DNA of 64,000 nt from Octopus vulgaris (GCA_951406725.2 OX597824.1:91326001-91390000); one strand, 5' to 3'; numbered from the stretch's first letter, positions 1-15,484 are shown. Notes: generated from the letters alone by a model not told the origin. Translations and numbers: made by a program.

Positions 1-332
1 CTATAAGGGCGTTATGAACGTACATGTTAAACACAGTATCAAAACCTTATTTCAGGCTAAGTCCCAGGTCGTGTGTCCGCGCAGCATGTTCACCACTTAT
101 GGTTGCCAGGCATCATCATCGATATTTAGCAAACACCGTTGTTAAAATTTCTCAATACTGTGAAACTCTAACGTAAATCTCCCACCTTGACCCCAGTACA
201 CAACAGGTACTTAATCTTATCAATCTCTGACAGATGAAAGGCAAAATAAAGAAAAGCCACTAAATATTGTCCGACGTGTTACCGACTCTGCTAGTTTGTC
301 AACTTATTTTGAAAAAAAAAAATATATATATT

Positions 333-510
333 TCTACTCTTGGCACAACGCATGAAATTTCGGTAGAGGGATTTTGTCGATCGACCCCAGTTATTAACTG
401 GTACTTATTTTATCGACCCTGGAAAGTTCAAAGCCAACGTCGACCTCGGCAGATTAACGGCTCAAAAGAAATGCCGCAAAGCATTTTGTTCGACGCGCTA
501 ATGATTCTTC
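333..510 (-). mobile_element. tRNA-derived SINE family B (Nin/Deu-like central domain), degenerate copy
   Basis: Reverse complement contains GAGGTCGACGTTGGCTTT...GGGTCGATAAAATAAGTACCAG, the same core seen in the copies at 5594, 16500 and 50636-51220. Confidence 0.7.
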
Positions 511-944
511 CTGGGAAGCTACTTAAATAAAAAAAACCTGTTAGAATATAGAAAAGCTTCGAATTGATAACAGTGAGTTTATTACGCATCTTTTGGTCCA
601 TAGATGTTGAAACGTTTATTTATTTTCAAGACTAGAAACCAGTGAAATAAAATAGTTTTTTTTGTTTCGTACAAATATTAATAAAATATCTTTTTTAGAA
701 AGATTTATTTTTTGCCAAAATGTCCGCCAATATCGATTTCTGATGGAAAAATCGCTTTCAATAATTTTTCTATTCCTATTTTTCTCTAATAATAACTTTA
801 CAAAACCGAAAATATTGGTAAGTTTTTTTTTTTCCCCTGCTTTCCTGGTTAGACGCAAACAGTTTGTTTATAATACTCACTGTTTTTTAGGGTTAATCTT
901 TCTTTTCTGTTTATCTTCCTTTTCTTTTTTATTTTTATTTGTTT

Positions 945-1115
945 CATTCATTGCACCGCGGTCATGCTGGAGCACTGCTGTCAAGGATTTTAGCCACCAA
1001 ATCGGACTCAGTACTTACTTTTTAAAGCCTGTTATTTATTCTATCGCACTTTTTTTTTTGCCAAACCACAAGGTTATGGCAATATAAACAAATCAACATC
1101 GGTTGTCAACTGGTG
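945..1115 (-). mobile_element. SINE family A, 3' portion
   Basis: GCGGTCATGCTGGAGCAC...CATCGGTTGTCAA matches the 3' half of the full family A copy at 30186-30592. Confidence 0.7.
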
Positions 1116-1132
1116 CCGAGATAATCACTGAT

Positions 1133-1380
1133 ATTGTTGGCATCCTTTTGTCTCGGAAGACAATCGAGTTACGCATAAACTAATCCAATCTGGTTTCTAC
1201 GCTTCATGTCCTCTCCAGTTTCCTCTCCAGTTTTGCGCAGACCTGGGCTAGATGTAAGAAAATCCTGGGTAGCCCAATCGTCAGGATTCCTCTCTCGACC
1301 TTGCTGACGTAGTCTAAAGGAGTGCAGAGCATTATGTCTGGCCCCAGCTTGGTTGCAGGAGCTGCCGGAGTAGTACCACA
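1133..1380 (-). mobile_element. Probable RTE-derived non-autonomous element remnant
   Basis: Minus strand ends ...TTGTCTTCCGAGACAAAAGGATGCCAAC and carries GATTCCTCTCTCGAC/GCAGGAGCTGCC blocks that resemble RTE/BovB-type 3' tail and 5' UTR. Recognition from memory, no alignment run. Confidence 0.45.
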
Positions 1381-2094
1381 CCGGACAAAATCATTTAAGG
1401 CATTTCTTCAGATCCATAAAAGTCAGTTCAAACGCCACTTAGGTTGACTTGACCTTTCCTCACTTTGGGGTCAATGAAATAAGTACCAATAATAAATCTT
1501 TTCCCTTTGCAAACACTGATAGGGCACAGAAAGTGTGTCTATAGCCAGCTGGAGGAGGTGTCGTCCTGGGGCTACAAACTACAGTAGCATCCACCCTTAG
1601 GGGTTAGCCATATTTAAATGGCAAATATACGTCACGAAATAAGTACCATTTGACCATTAGGGTCGATACTAGTTTTGTGCCAAGATTTTTAAAGAATTAT
1701 CTCATATTAACGACCTTTTATGCTTTGATGTCTTATCTATTAAGAAGAGGAAGGACCGAGGAGGTACAATTGTTGTACCGAGGCCGTCACCTTCATTGAG
1801 ATTACTGCCACCACAAGCACATACTGCGACCTCGGCTATCAGAAGAGATCTCAGCCCTTCATGTTGCACCACTGTTTATCTTCACCAAGACCAATGCTGC
1901 CATCAATACTGACACTGAGTCTAAAACATTCACGGATTCCACACCACCAGAGGACCTGCAAATTCAAACTCCCCCACCACCACCACCACTACCACCACAA
2001 GAATGCCACGCCTACACAACAACCAGATATCTTACTCCACCTTGTAACATTGCTACCCCAAATCTACCCTAGTCTGTCAAACGTCTTGCTTAAG

Positions 2095-2961
<867 letters not shown>

Positions 2962-3560
2962 CAGTCAGACAAACAGACAGAGATACAAATATTCACAAGC
3001 ATATATGCGTGTTTATGCAAGTATATTTCTCTGTGAGTGTGTATATATAAATATATGAAGATGCAATAGAGATAGAGAAACAACAGACAGACAGACAGAC
3101 ACAGGTCGGCTGTAACAATTACGCACATAACATACATAAATCTATGCATGCGTACATACAAACAAACACATACATACACACATATATACACACATATATA
3201 CACAGATATATACACACATATATACACACATATATACACACATATATACACACATATATACACACATATATACACACATATATACACACATATATACGTT
3301 ACATAAATGCCTATGTAGATACATGTCAATATTTATATAACATTTCAACAGAGAAATACGACCCTTATAAACATGCAGGAGAAGTTTATTCTACACCAAG
3401 TATTTCTCAAGGGTGACGAGAACGTGGGAGGATGTGAATGGGTGAGAGAGAATGGCGGGTGGTGTGAAAGGGATTGTATCATCTCGTCCCCTTCCCTCCC
3501 TCTCTCTCTCTCTCTCTTGCGTTAGGGGTCGTAAAATAGGGTGAGATGAAGGAAATGTAA

Positions 3561-3884
<324 letters not shown>

Positions 3885-4441
3885 AATGCCCTGATGCAGT
3901 ACCAGGCAGTGGCTCTCATGGCTTCTGATCTTAACTGATTGGAAGTGTTATCATGTACATTGTTTTGTCTTAGTATAAAAGATGGGCTACAGCAAATATT
4001 CTGCTCAATACCACAGATTTGCTTGTCAGTTGTTTGACCATAACAAGTTGAGCATTTCCCTTAGTGGCTGACGATATGTGCATCTCTGATCACGAGCAGA
4101 AGTAGTGGGGGAGCATCATAGCCATGTGTTGAGAGGGATTCTATGGAGTTTGAATAATTCACCTCTGGAAACATGGGTGGTTCTTTCAACATCCTTAAAC
4201 AACCCTTATTCAAGGACCTTTTGAGCAGGATGGGTTACTCGACCAGAAGAAAATACTAACTGGTCCCCACCTGCAAGGTCATGTGCTGTTTATCTTCATA
4301 TGAGATCACCATGTCGCGCACATATGGTTGTGATGCATGTGCCTGGTGTACCTTTATCAGACGGGTAGTCATGATGGGTATACTGGGCTTCGTATATTTT
4401 ACCCCAGTGTCACTTTGATGGCATGCACTGCTCTCTCACTC
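3885..4441. mobile_element. About 560-bp dispersed repeat bounded by (AAT)n tracts
   Basis: A closely similar reverse-complement copy of 4030-4441 lies at 47460-47875, also abutting (TTA)n. No ORF recognised; orientation uncertain. Confidence 0.8.
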
Positions 4442-4505
<64 letters not shown>

Positions 4506-4533
4506 GCCCTGATGCAGTACCAGAGAATGCCCT

Positions 4534-4618
4534 GAGGGGCTTTTGTCCGCTTTTACACTTTAACTAAGGGGCTTTTGTTTGAGTGGCCTTTGTCCTATGG
4601 GGCTTTTGTCCGGATCCC
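4534..4618 (-). mobile_element. Probable terminal repeat of a foldback/MULE-like DNA element
   Basis: Minus strand starts GGATCCGGACAAAAGCCCC with several internal copies of (GG)ACAAAAGCCCC. Confidence 0.35.
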
Positions 4619-5593
4619 CTTCAGTCCTTTTAACGGCTCACACCACATTACCTCTTTTGCCATAACCACCAGACAGAGGAAAACGGAATCGGATAAAATA
4701 AAGAATAAAGTCTTGAGTAAACAAGATTATTGGGTGATGAGATAAGATCAGTAAATAAAATGATGTCAATATTATGTACAATCAATGTCGGATATAGAAT
4801 TACTATTTTCATATTTTCCGTCCAATAATCGTATTGTTTAAAAATAAAGGCTGCGTTTTTAAGTTCATTAAATCATAATGAACAGTGGTGTAAAGGAATG
4901 AAAAACGGAACGACTAAACTTGTATTCTTGTAACAAAAATGATTATTTTTCGTTTGTTTGCCAGCCGAAGCTCTGCGGTGCTGTCTATGTATTACAAGAC
5001 CGCCCTGCTTGGCGTACCAACAGATGTGCCACCTCATACGAACAGAACAGGGTTGCAGGGACTCAAAGGGAATTCAAACTGTGCAAGTCCAGGGTCAACT
5101 CCTTGCCTTCAATCTCAGCAGACGACCAGTGACCGAGCTGCGGCAGAGCCTTCCGTGAACGCATCGAACTGATCAGCCACAGCCGGACTCACCGTCACCC
5201 GTGTTCTTCTCTCATCAGATATCCGTAGTCATCGTCGACAACGACGGACGAGCTAATACCAAAAAGTTTAAGTTTAGTAACTTCTCAAGTTATTATGTAA
5301 TTCATTTTTAATTCACTTTGGTTCTCTTGTCCATCTTAAACGTACGGATTATCGGACCGAATAGTGAGAAACCTATTCTAAATTTAATGTGTCTTTTGTC
5401 TTTCGCGTCTGGTTCCATTATTCCACAAGAAGACATATATTCTCCAGATGGTGATGCCTTTGTTGGTTTATTAATGTCCTCGATTGAAACACTTAATCAA
5501 TATCGCTCATACACAAGTGTATTAAATATTTAAATAACCCAAGTGTTATAATTGTTCAATGCTTATAATACCCTATCATGCTGCAAGTATGAA

Positions 5594-6045
5594 GGCCGCG
5601 AGCTGGTTGAATGGTTAACGCGCCGCGTGAGATGCTGAAAGTTCTGAGTTCAAATTCAGCCAAGGTCGACCTTGCTTTTCATTCCTTTCGGGGACGATAA
5701 AATGAGTACCAGTTGGAAGCTTGGGTCGATGTAATTGAGACATGCGTTCTCCCTCGAAATTGCAGGCCTCCTGCCAAAATTTCAAACAAATATTACGCTG
5801 AAATATTTTCCTTCTTTTCTTATAGCTAGAATATGGCAGCGAGCTGGCATAATTCTTAGAGCATCAGAAAACAATGCTTAGCGGCATTTTTTCCGACATA
5901 TTATGATCTATTTTCAAATCCCACCGAAGTCAACTTTGCTTTTCACCCCTCCAGGGTCGATAAAATAAAGTGCTACTGAAGTACTGGGTCAAAGAAATTG
6001 GCGAGTCACTTCTCCTCGAAATTATTGACTTTGAATCCTGCCACG
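5594..6045 (+). mobile_element. Two adjacent SINE family B copies
   Basis: GGC(C/A)GCGAGCTGG heads; first copy has B-box-like GAGTTCAAATTC; both have GTC(G/A)AC...TTGCTTTTCA...GATAAAAT core. Confidence 0.75.
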
Positions 6046-6087
6046 GGCCGACGATCTGTTGAAGGCAAATGGGATCCCAGTCGCTTA

Positions 6088-6356
6088 TCTCTCTCTTTAT
6101 ATAAAGCTGAAGTTGTCTGTGTGTGGCAGGTTTGGTAGCCTTCAACTAACACTATATCTTCCGAGACCCTGCGGCGCAAATTGACCAAAATTGAGAGTAT
6201 GATAGAAGAAGGCTTGTTCTTTCTTCCGTAGAAGAAAAAATTCAAATCAGATCATATTAAGACCAAAAATTATTTACATCAAAAAGGTGCTTTTTTTTCT
6301 ATGAAAATCCTTATTTTTTACGATTTTTTGACTGCTGTGTCGCCATTTTTCGGTGT
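6088..6356 (+). mobile_element. Non-autonomous Helitron, 5' part
   Basis: Near-identical to the first ~270 bp of the complete copy at 34326-34723; starts TC after an A. Confidence 0.75.
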
Positions 6357-6524
6357 GTGTGTGTGTGTATGTGTGCATGTGTGTGCGTGCGAATGAATGT
6401 GTCTATATACATTTGTGTGTATGTGTGTGCATGTGTGTATAGGAATGTATGTGTGTATGTGCATGCGCCTGCGAATGAGTGTGTGTATATACGTGTATGT
6501 ATGCGTGTGTATGTGTGTGTATAT

Positions 6525-6563
<39 letters not shown>

Positions 6564-7039
6564 TGTGTGTGTGTATGAGATCTACGTTCAACAAGGTGAG
6601 GATGCGAAAGCATGTTATCCTCTGTATGGTAGTCGTTGGTGATTTACAAGTGATGACAAGAAACTGCTAAAATACGAAAGAGAAAGGAGGAAACAGGAAT
6701 TGAGCCCTGAGTCGATTAAGATTAGATAAGAAGCTATCGACACGTGATAGATCGAACCGTTAAGATCTTACAAGACAGGTGACGAATGATGGGCTGCGAT
6801 TACAGGCAAGAACATGCTTCAGAAGAATCTTACGCTAAACGAGGAAGCTTTGCTGATGAAGGTATTTGCTTTTTGTTTGTCAGTTTTTTTTCCCCTTTTG
6901 GTACTTAGGGATTTTTGTTTTTTTAACAGATAAGAGATCCTTCTTGTTGTGTGAGGAATACTTTCGGTGGATTTCGTTTTCAAAAGCCATGCTGATGGCT
7001 ATTGATAAAAGCAAGTGAACATTGTACTTTTCTTTTTAG

Positions 7040-7176
7040 TATTTCGCCCCCTTAGGGAGCACAGGCCGTCGACGACTTGCCCCCGCTAATCTTCACTTTG
7101 GGCTGCCTTATCTGATTTTCTCCAGTTGGATCCCTAGTTTTTCAGCCCTGCTTCAGTATCCAGCCTCCTATACTAT

Positions 7177-7207
<31 letters not shown>

Positions 7208-7560
7208 TCTATTTATTTATTTATTTATTGCGTCCTCTCTTCCACCTTTCGTGTATGTTTCCCTGAACGAAGCCCTTCGTCTCCCAGATTTTGTTGGCTT
7301 TGAATTGTCATTGATGTTTCTCTAACCTTGATATTTTTTCTAGGTCGGTGTATTGGCCCTAGGTAAACCCATTTTTACATCTGAAAAAAAAAAGGTGGCC
7401 TGTATTAGTCTGGCGTCTATCCTTTGACCTGTTCAGCAAAGGAGACCTTCCTAGGAGTTTCTGCTCCGCTGCTAGAGCTCTGACGGCTATTGTGTCATAC
7501 AAGCCACCACATTGCAACAAAGAGTGAACTTTATGGTGGGGAGGTTACAAGACAAACAGG
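7040..7560 (-). mobile_element. Bipartite RTE-derived element (5' UTR-like part joined to ORF C-terminus), interrupted by (TTTA)n
   Basis: Minus strand 7167-7042 translates RLDTEAGLKN*GSNWRKSDKAAQSED*RGQVVDGLCSLRGE, resembling the RTE ORF end (W...AQDR..WR..VDGLCS). 7400-7520 resembles RTE 5' UTRs. Confidence 0.6.
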
Positions 7561-7594
7561 TGATTATAATCACCAACATTATTTGCGCGTTGGC

Positions 7595-7805
7595 ACGTGG
7601 CTTAGTGGTTAATGGTGCTGGATTCATGATCGTAAGATTATGGTTTCGATTCCTGGATCGGACGATGTATTGGATTCTTGAGCAAAAAACTTCATTTTAC
7701 GTTGCTCCAGTCCAATCAGCTGGCAAAAATGAGTAACCCTGCGACTGACCAGAGTCCTGTCCAGTGAGGAATATACAGTTCAGAGAAACCGGGGAATCGG
7801 CCCTA
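7595..7805 (+). mobile_element. tRNA-derived SINE with Meta/V-like body
   Basis: A box TGGCTTAGTGG, B-box-like GGTTTCGATTCC, followed by GCTCCAGTCC...GTAACCCTGCGA...TGTCCAG...AGAAACCGGG. Confidence 0.6.
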
Positions 7806-8467
7806 TGCTCCTTAAGGAGTAATAATGGACTGACCACATTCACTTATAAAATGCTGGGAGGGGAAAACAATACGCTGGTATTTGCTCTCATCAGAGGAAC
7901 TACATTTCAGAGGTAAGGCAGTTAAGAGTTTTATTTGTGATGGTAATTAACCTCTATGGGTGGAATCTCTCATGGTCACATGGTTACAAAGTAATAATCA
8001 CCATGGGTTCCAAAACCACATAGAAGAAACCATTCCTTCAGAAAAATAATCCCCACCCCTCACACACACACACACACATCATATTGAAGGAATGATCCTG
8101 AAGACAACCTAGAGTCGAGAACAGTGGAGAAAAACATTCGACGGTATGTGTTCCAAAACGGGCGAAAATCGCAAATAAGTAAGGAAATACGATGAGATGT
8201 AACAACGCGATATCTTTTCCGAATAATGACCGATGAAATGTAATCCCGTTTTGAAATGTGAACATGAAGCGGATAGCGAAACTCAGGATATTGAAAGAGA
8301 TGAGTGTATAAAAAATATTATAAAAATATATATTTTATATTAACCTGGCGTTCGATAATGGTGCTTAGTTCTGGACTTCGAAAACCACTCTGAGAAATTA
8401 TTCAATAGAGAAAATTTCTAGAAATAGAAATCACGCCCACTCGGTATCTAGTGTACGATTTATTTAA

Positions 8468-9059
8468 GCATGTGGCTGCGTGGTAAGAATTTTGCTTCCC
8501 ACCCACATGGTTCTGGGTTCAATCCCACTGTGTGGCACCTTGGGCAAGTGTCTTCCGCTATAGCGTCGGACAGAACAGATCATTGAGTGGATTTGGTGGA
8601 CAAGGGCTAGGGAGACTGTTGTATATAGGCGCAGGCGTAGCTGTGTGGTAAGAAGCTTGCTTACGAACCACATGGTTCCGGGTTCAGTTCCACTGCATGG
8701 CACCTTCGGCAAGTGTCTTCTGTTATAGCAGAATAAAGGCCGACCAAAGCCTTGTGAGTGGATTTGGTAGATGGAAACTGAAAGAAGCCCATCGTATATA
8801 CTTAAGTGTGTGTATATGCGTGCGTGTCTTTGTATCTGTTTGCAACCCCCACCCCAACCCCTACTACTGCTTGAGGACCGGTGTTGGTGTGTTTACATTC
8901 CCGTAACCAAGCCGTTTAACAAAAAGGGCCGATAGAATAAGTACCAGACTGTATATAAACAATAAGTCCTGAGGTCGACTCGTCCAATGAACATTTTTCA
9001 AGGTGGTGCCCCAGCATGGCCGTAGTCTAACGACTAAAACAAGTAAAAGAGTAAAAGTA
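8468..9059 (+). mobile_element. SINE family A (tRNA head plus CORE-like segment): partial copy then near-full copy from 8628
   Basis: A box TGGCTGCGTGG/TAGCTGTGTGG, B box GGTTCA(A/G)T(C/T)CC, CORE-like CACCTTGGGCAAGTG, tail AAGTAAAAGAGTAAAAG. Confidence 0.85.
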
Positions 9060-9519
9060 AAAAAAAAGATGAATGAAGATATAGTTTCTTATGTTTCAAC
9101 CGATAAAAATCGATGCAGCTGCAAGACATAAAAGATAAAAGGAATTATTCTTTTTGAAAATTTACCGAGAAAAACATCATCGTTGTAAATTCTACACTTT
9201 TTGACCATATCATATTTGAAAGACAGATCTCCGACGAGTATTTAAGTCACCGTTTGGGAGCGGGTTACATCCGGTGTTCATAGTCATACTACTCCAAAGT
9301 AGGCCAGTGTCTCATGTTGACGTCACCGTAATCCAATATGGTTTAATCTAGCGCTGCAAGGACCATTATCGTCAACGGAATATCTGTCATTCTATCTCTA
9401 TCAATCAGTCAACAAATCTATCTATCTATCTATCTAGCTAGCTAGCTAACTATCTAAGAATCTATCTATTTGTTTGTCTTTCTATATATCTATCTCAATA
9501 CGTATATGTGTGCGCAATA

Positions 9520-9597
<78 letters not shown>

Positions 9598-9824
9598 TGT
9601 ATGTATGTATGTATGTATGTATGCATTTCTATACACAAACATATAGATACATATGTATAGAAATATCTATACCCATATGTGTGTGTGTATTTACACACAC
9701 ATACATATATACAATGCATATTGACACATATATATGTATATATATATATATATATAAAAAAACTAGCTTAGAGAAGGAGAAACGAAACGAAACGAATCGA
9801 ATCGAATCGACGCTCAGTCATACA

Positions 9825-10260
9825 ATAGTGTAATAAATAAAATATATGCATACATACATACATATATGTACATACCTACATCTACATGTATATATACATG
9901 CATATATAAATATATATACGTGAGTACAGGACACCACAATTAGACGTAGAACTAAACGAGAAACGAAAAACGAAAACGAAAAAGTAATAACAAGCAGGGA
10001 ACGGACCATTTTTTAACAACGAAAAAACAGAGTACAAGACAACTACACAGGAAAAATCCCCTTCATTAGCTGTCCCTAGTTCAACTCTAGCGTGTTTCGA
10101 AGGTGAGGACAGTACACGTCTCGAAGAACGAATCCTTCCTGCGAAGGAATTAAATAAAATTCCTTCGCAGAGGGGCAAAAACAAGGAAAAAAATGTGACA
10201 AAAACAGGACTTAAAAACGATACAATTAAAACTAATACAAAATAAAAATACAATTACAAA
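9825..10260 (-). mobile_element. Dispersed repeat with permuted HHR-like motif (related copies 31090-31510 + and 36172-36600 -)
   Basis: Three copies share the CATATATGTAC(A/G)TACC(T/G)ACATCTA...GTACAGGACACCACAA block and the CCTTCGAAACACG...CAGCT(G/A)A(T/A)GAAGGGG block. Probably Penelope-like (inference). Confidence 0.65.
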
Positions 10261-10408
10261 AAAATACCAGAAGGAATAAAAACAGGACAGGAAAACAAGC
10301 AATAAGGGCCTAAAGGCCTAGACGAGGGAAAATTTCACGAGCGTAGAAGAAACATGTTTACTTGAAGAGGGCCGCCAACGAAAGGAAGTTTATCGACCCG
10401 GATGTGAG

Positions 10409-10464
<56 letters not shown>

Positions 10465-10514
10465 TTTATTTAAAGCAGTAGAAAATTCAGCAAAAACAGT
10501 TTTTGCTAGCAAAA

Positions 10515-10552
10515 CTGTCCGACGAACGGCAACGGGAAACTCTGAGTAACAG
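10515..10552 (+). ncRNA. Minimal hammerhead ribozyme-like motif inside inverted repeat 10464-10585
   Basis: CTGT-CCGACGA-A-CG GCAA CG-G-GAAAC-TCTGA-GTA-ACAG: stem I CTGT/ACAG, near-palindromic stem III, U4 changed to C. Confidence 0.5.
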
Positions 10553-10654
10553 GTTTTGTTGAATTTTCTGCTGCTTTAAATAAAGCATATTACTCTACCA
10601 CTGGTATTTGAGTACTCTTTTTTCCACCTTGTTTCACATTCATGTGTTTAATCC

Positions 10655-10718
<64 letters not shown>

Positions 10719-10901
10719 TATATGTACATGCATATAATTATACACACATGCACATATAAAAAAAACCTATGTATATATTTGCATACATACGCACACACAC
10801 GCCGCCATGTATATATACGCACACACACACGTACATACATACATACATACATACATACATACATACATACATACATACATACGCACTCGCACACGCACAA
10901 C

Positions 10902-11084
10902 ACATCTGTCAAGTGTAAGCATCTCAGGTTGGATATTGTTGTTTGGGTCAGACAAGAAAAAGTATGTTTTGTCATAGAGGCCAGCTGTCCTGCTGACGTA
11001 AATATCTCTGTGGTAATCAAAGAGAAAAAGGTGGGGAGACAATTGCTTCGAAACCTCCTGCGTTTATATTCATATTATAAATTC
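10902..11084 (+). pseudogene. Fragment of restriction-like endonuclease (RLE) domain, R4/Dong-type non-LTR retrotransposon
   Basis: TSVKCKHLRLDIVVWVRQEKVCFVIEASCPADVNISVVIKEK...QLLRNLLRLYSYYKF, clearly homologous to 32745-32935. Confidence 0.8.
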
Positions 11085-11185
11085 AACGGGAAGCTTTATG
11101 AAAATAAACAAAAGACGAAGGCAGGTGGAATACAAACAAACAATTGTATTAGTATGGCGCTCAGGAATATAAATAAAAAAAAAGT

Positions 11186-11221
11186 ATTTTACGTTTCGAG
11201 CCTACGCTCTTCAACAGAAAG
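11186..11221 (-). ncRNA. Minimal HHR-like motif, GAGC-GTAG-GCTC family
   Basis: CTTT-CTGTTGA-A-GAGC GTAG GCTC-GAAAC-GTA-AAAT, within dispersed repeat of about 11085-11300. Confidence 0.55.
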
Positions 11222-11437
11222 ATACACAGAAAAAAAAAAACACGGAGAGAAACAAGGAGAGAAAAAAAAATGCGTGCAGAAGCTAGCGATTCAACATGGC
11301 GATTCTACCAATGATAATTAGTTTTGTGAGTAAATACCTACGTGACAATCTGGATGGGTTTTCAAAAGAAAAAAAAATTGAAAAAACAAAAGAAAATCAA
11401 ACAGCTAGCTCTCATATTACGACAATGTCTGTAAGGA

Positions 11438-11756
11438 GGCGTAGGAGTGGCTGTGTGGTAAGTAGCTTGTTTACGAACCACGTGGTTCCGGGTTCAGTCC
11501 CACTTCGTGGTAAATTGGGCAAGGGTCTTCTACTATAGCCCCAGGCCGACCAATGCCTTGTGAGTGGATTTGGCGGATGGAAACTGAAAGAAGCCCGTCG
11601 TATATATGTATATATATGCATGTGTGTGTATATGTTTGTGTGTCTGTGTTTGTCTCCTCAACATGGCTTGACAACCGATGCTGGTGTTTTTACGTCCCCG
11701 TAACTTAGCGGTTCGGCAAAAGAGACCGATAGAATAAGTACTAGGCCTACAAAGAA
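11438..11756 (+). mobile_element. SINE family A, 3'-truncated
   Basis: Aligns by eye with 29193-29515. Confidence 0.9.
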
Positions 11757-11775
11757 CATGATGATGACAACGCTA

Positions 11776-11816
<41 letters not shown>

Positions 11817-12291
11817 GATAATGATGACGACGACGACGGCGGCAAGAAGAAGAAGAAGAAGAAGAAGAAGAAGAAGAAGAAGAAGAAGAAGAGGAGGAGG
11901 AGGAGGAGGAGGAGCACCAGCAGCAGGAGGAGTTACTTCCCTCCAATGAATTCCCTCCTAACCGAGGCTGATTTAGCTTCTCACCCCTTCCCGCCCCCAC
12001 CCCGTCTGTGAATCAAGGAAAACGAATTTCCATTAGAGTATCGATTTCGATTCGATGGACTATGATAATTTTTCGTATTAACCTATGAGCCAGGTATCGA
12101 ATAAACAAAAATCGATATTATTTTGATTATATCTAATTCCACATTTCGATATTTCAGCAACATCAGAGGAAACGTTTTAGAGAAGCCAATGGTGAGACGA
12201 GGAGTCCATCCATCCACAACGCCATGTTTCAGAATGCTGGTTCTAGTTGTTTGATTCCATCCACACAATTTATATGCACAACAAAGTGTCA

Positions 12292-12692
<401 letters not shown>

Positions 12693-12731
12693 GCTGAATA
12701 ATAATTATTAACCTGAATAATAATGATGATG

Positions 12732-13390
<659 letters not shown>

Positions 13391-13441
13391 TTAATAATAA
13401 TAATAATAATGATAATAACAATAACAATAATAATAATAATG

Positions 13442-13472
<31 letters not shown>

Positions 13473-13971
13473 CAACAACATCGAAAAATACTTTAGGAAT
13501 GAGAACCTATGTGTGTGTGTGTGTGTGTGTGTGTAATTTGGTTTTCCCTTGAAGTTCCTTTTCTAGGTTATTTGCATAACAGCATCTATATTTTGATTTT
13601 CATATTCCACTGATTCTTTCCCGAAGAAATGACTAATTCATCATTAATCATCAAATATTTTAATTATGCATTAATTAAACATTAAATATTTAACAATTAA
13701 ATGGTTGTTGATGTTTGCACTTAAGCCACAGAAACAGCTGCAGAAAAAAAGAAATTAAATCGACAAATGCTATTTTGAATTGAAATCTTTGTTTTCCATT
13801 CTTCAAAAAATATTTTGCTTTTTTTATGTCAATGTTAATAATTTGAGCTCTTAACATTCTTTCGACGTATTTTTCAAGTACTTAAGTACTTGTTCAGTGT
13901 GTATATCTATATATGTGCCTGCCTATCCGTCTCTCTGTTTCTCTCTGTTCTACACATATGTATATACATAC

Positions 13972-14080
<109 letters not shown>

Positions 14081-14140
14081 GTGCATACATATATTTAAAT
14101 ATATATGCACATAATGACATACATAGATGTACGTATGTAT

Positions 14141-14223
<83 letters not shown>

Positions 14224-14336
14224 CAGACAGATAGAAACAAAGACAGATAGATAGATAGATTGATAGACGGACAGACAGATAGAAAGACAGACAGGCAGGC
14301 AGACAGACACACAGACACACACTCACACACACACAT

Positions 14337-14399
<63 letters not shown>

Positions 14400-14674
14400 C
14401 ATAGATACATAGATATGTGTGTGTGCGCGGGCATGTATGTTGGTATGTGTTTTATATATGTGTATGTGCGTGTGTGTGTCGATAGATATACATGACCGGA
14501 CCTATAACTTGTCACGCGCACACATTTACGCACTCACACACACACACACACACGCACAAACATACAATGCATGCGCATACACATCCTTACAATTGACCTA
14601 TTACTAAAGCAGTGTATATATACATGATTTATAGTTGAACGCATGACAAACCTGGAATATATACTGTACTTGTG

Positions 14675-14724
<50 letters not shown>

Positions 14725-14886
14725 ATACATGTATATATATATATATATGTTTATATATATATGTATATATTTATATATATGTATATATATATATATATAT
14801 ATATACGTGTGTATATATGTATATATATGTATATATGTATATATATATATATATGTATATATGTATATATATGTATATATGTATAT

Positions 14887-14944
<58 letters not shown>

Positions 14945-15397
14945 TTGTGTTGTATGTATGTGTTTAGGTATATATGAATGTAAACGCATGCGCATGCGTG
15001 TATTTATCCAAAAGACATGCACGAATGTAGAGAGAACTCTAAACAAATCTGCGTATGTAAACTCACCGCACGCATACACACACACGCAGAGGCACATACA
15101 CACACAAACACACTTTACACACACACACACTCGCCATCCCCATAACACTTAATCTAGTAACAGCAACAACCACAACAACATCACTGTAAAGCCACAACAA
15201 TACTTGCTCTGTTAATCATATCAAAATGGCGTAATTGTTAATTCTCTGTTACACACTGAACACGTGACAAACTCTGCGATTAGATAAGGTCCTGTGCTCA
15301 AGATTGGTAACAGGTGGTTGCTTTTCTTCTTCTTCTTCTTCTTCTTCTTCTTCTTCTTCTTCTTCTTCTTCTTCTTCTTCTTCTTCTTCTTCTTCTT

Positions 15398-15428
<31 letters not shown>

Positions 15429-15434
15429 GGATTA

Positions 15435-15484
<50 letters not shown>

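Noticed and set aside
4930-5427. Possible solo LTR ending ...TTCCACA
   Set aside because: No matching TG start with a target-site duplication and no second copy in the window.
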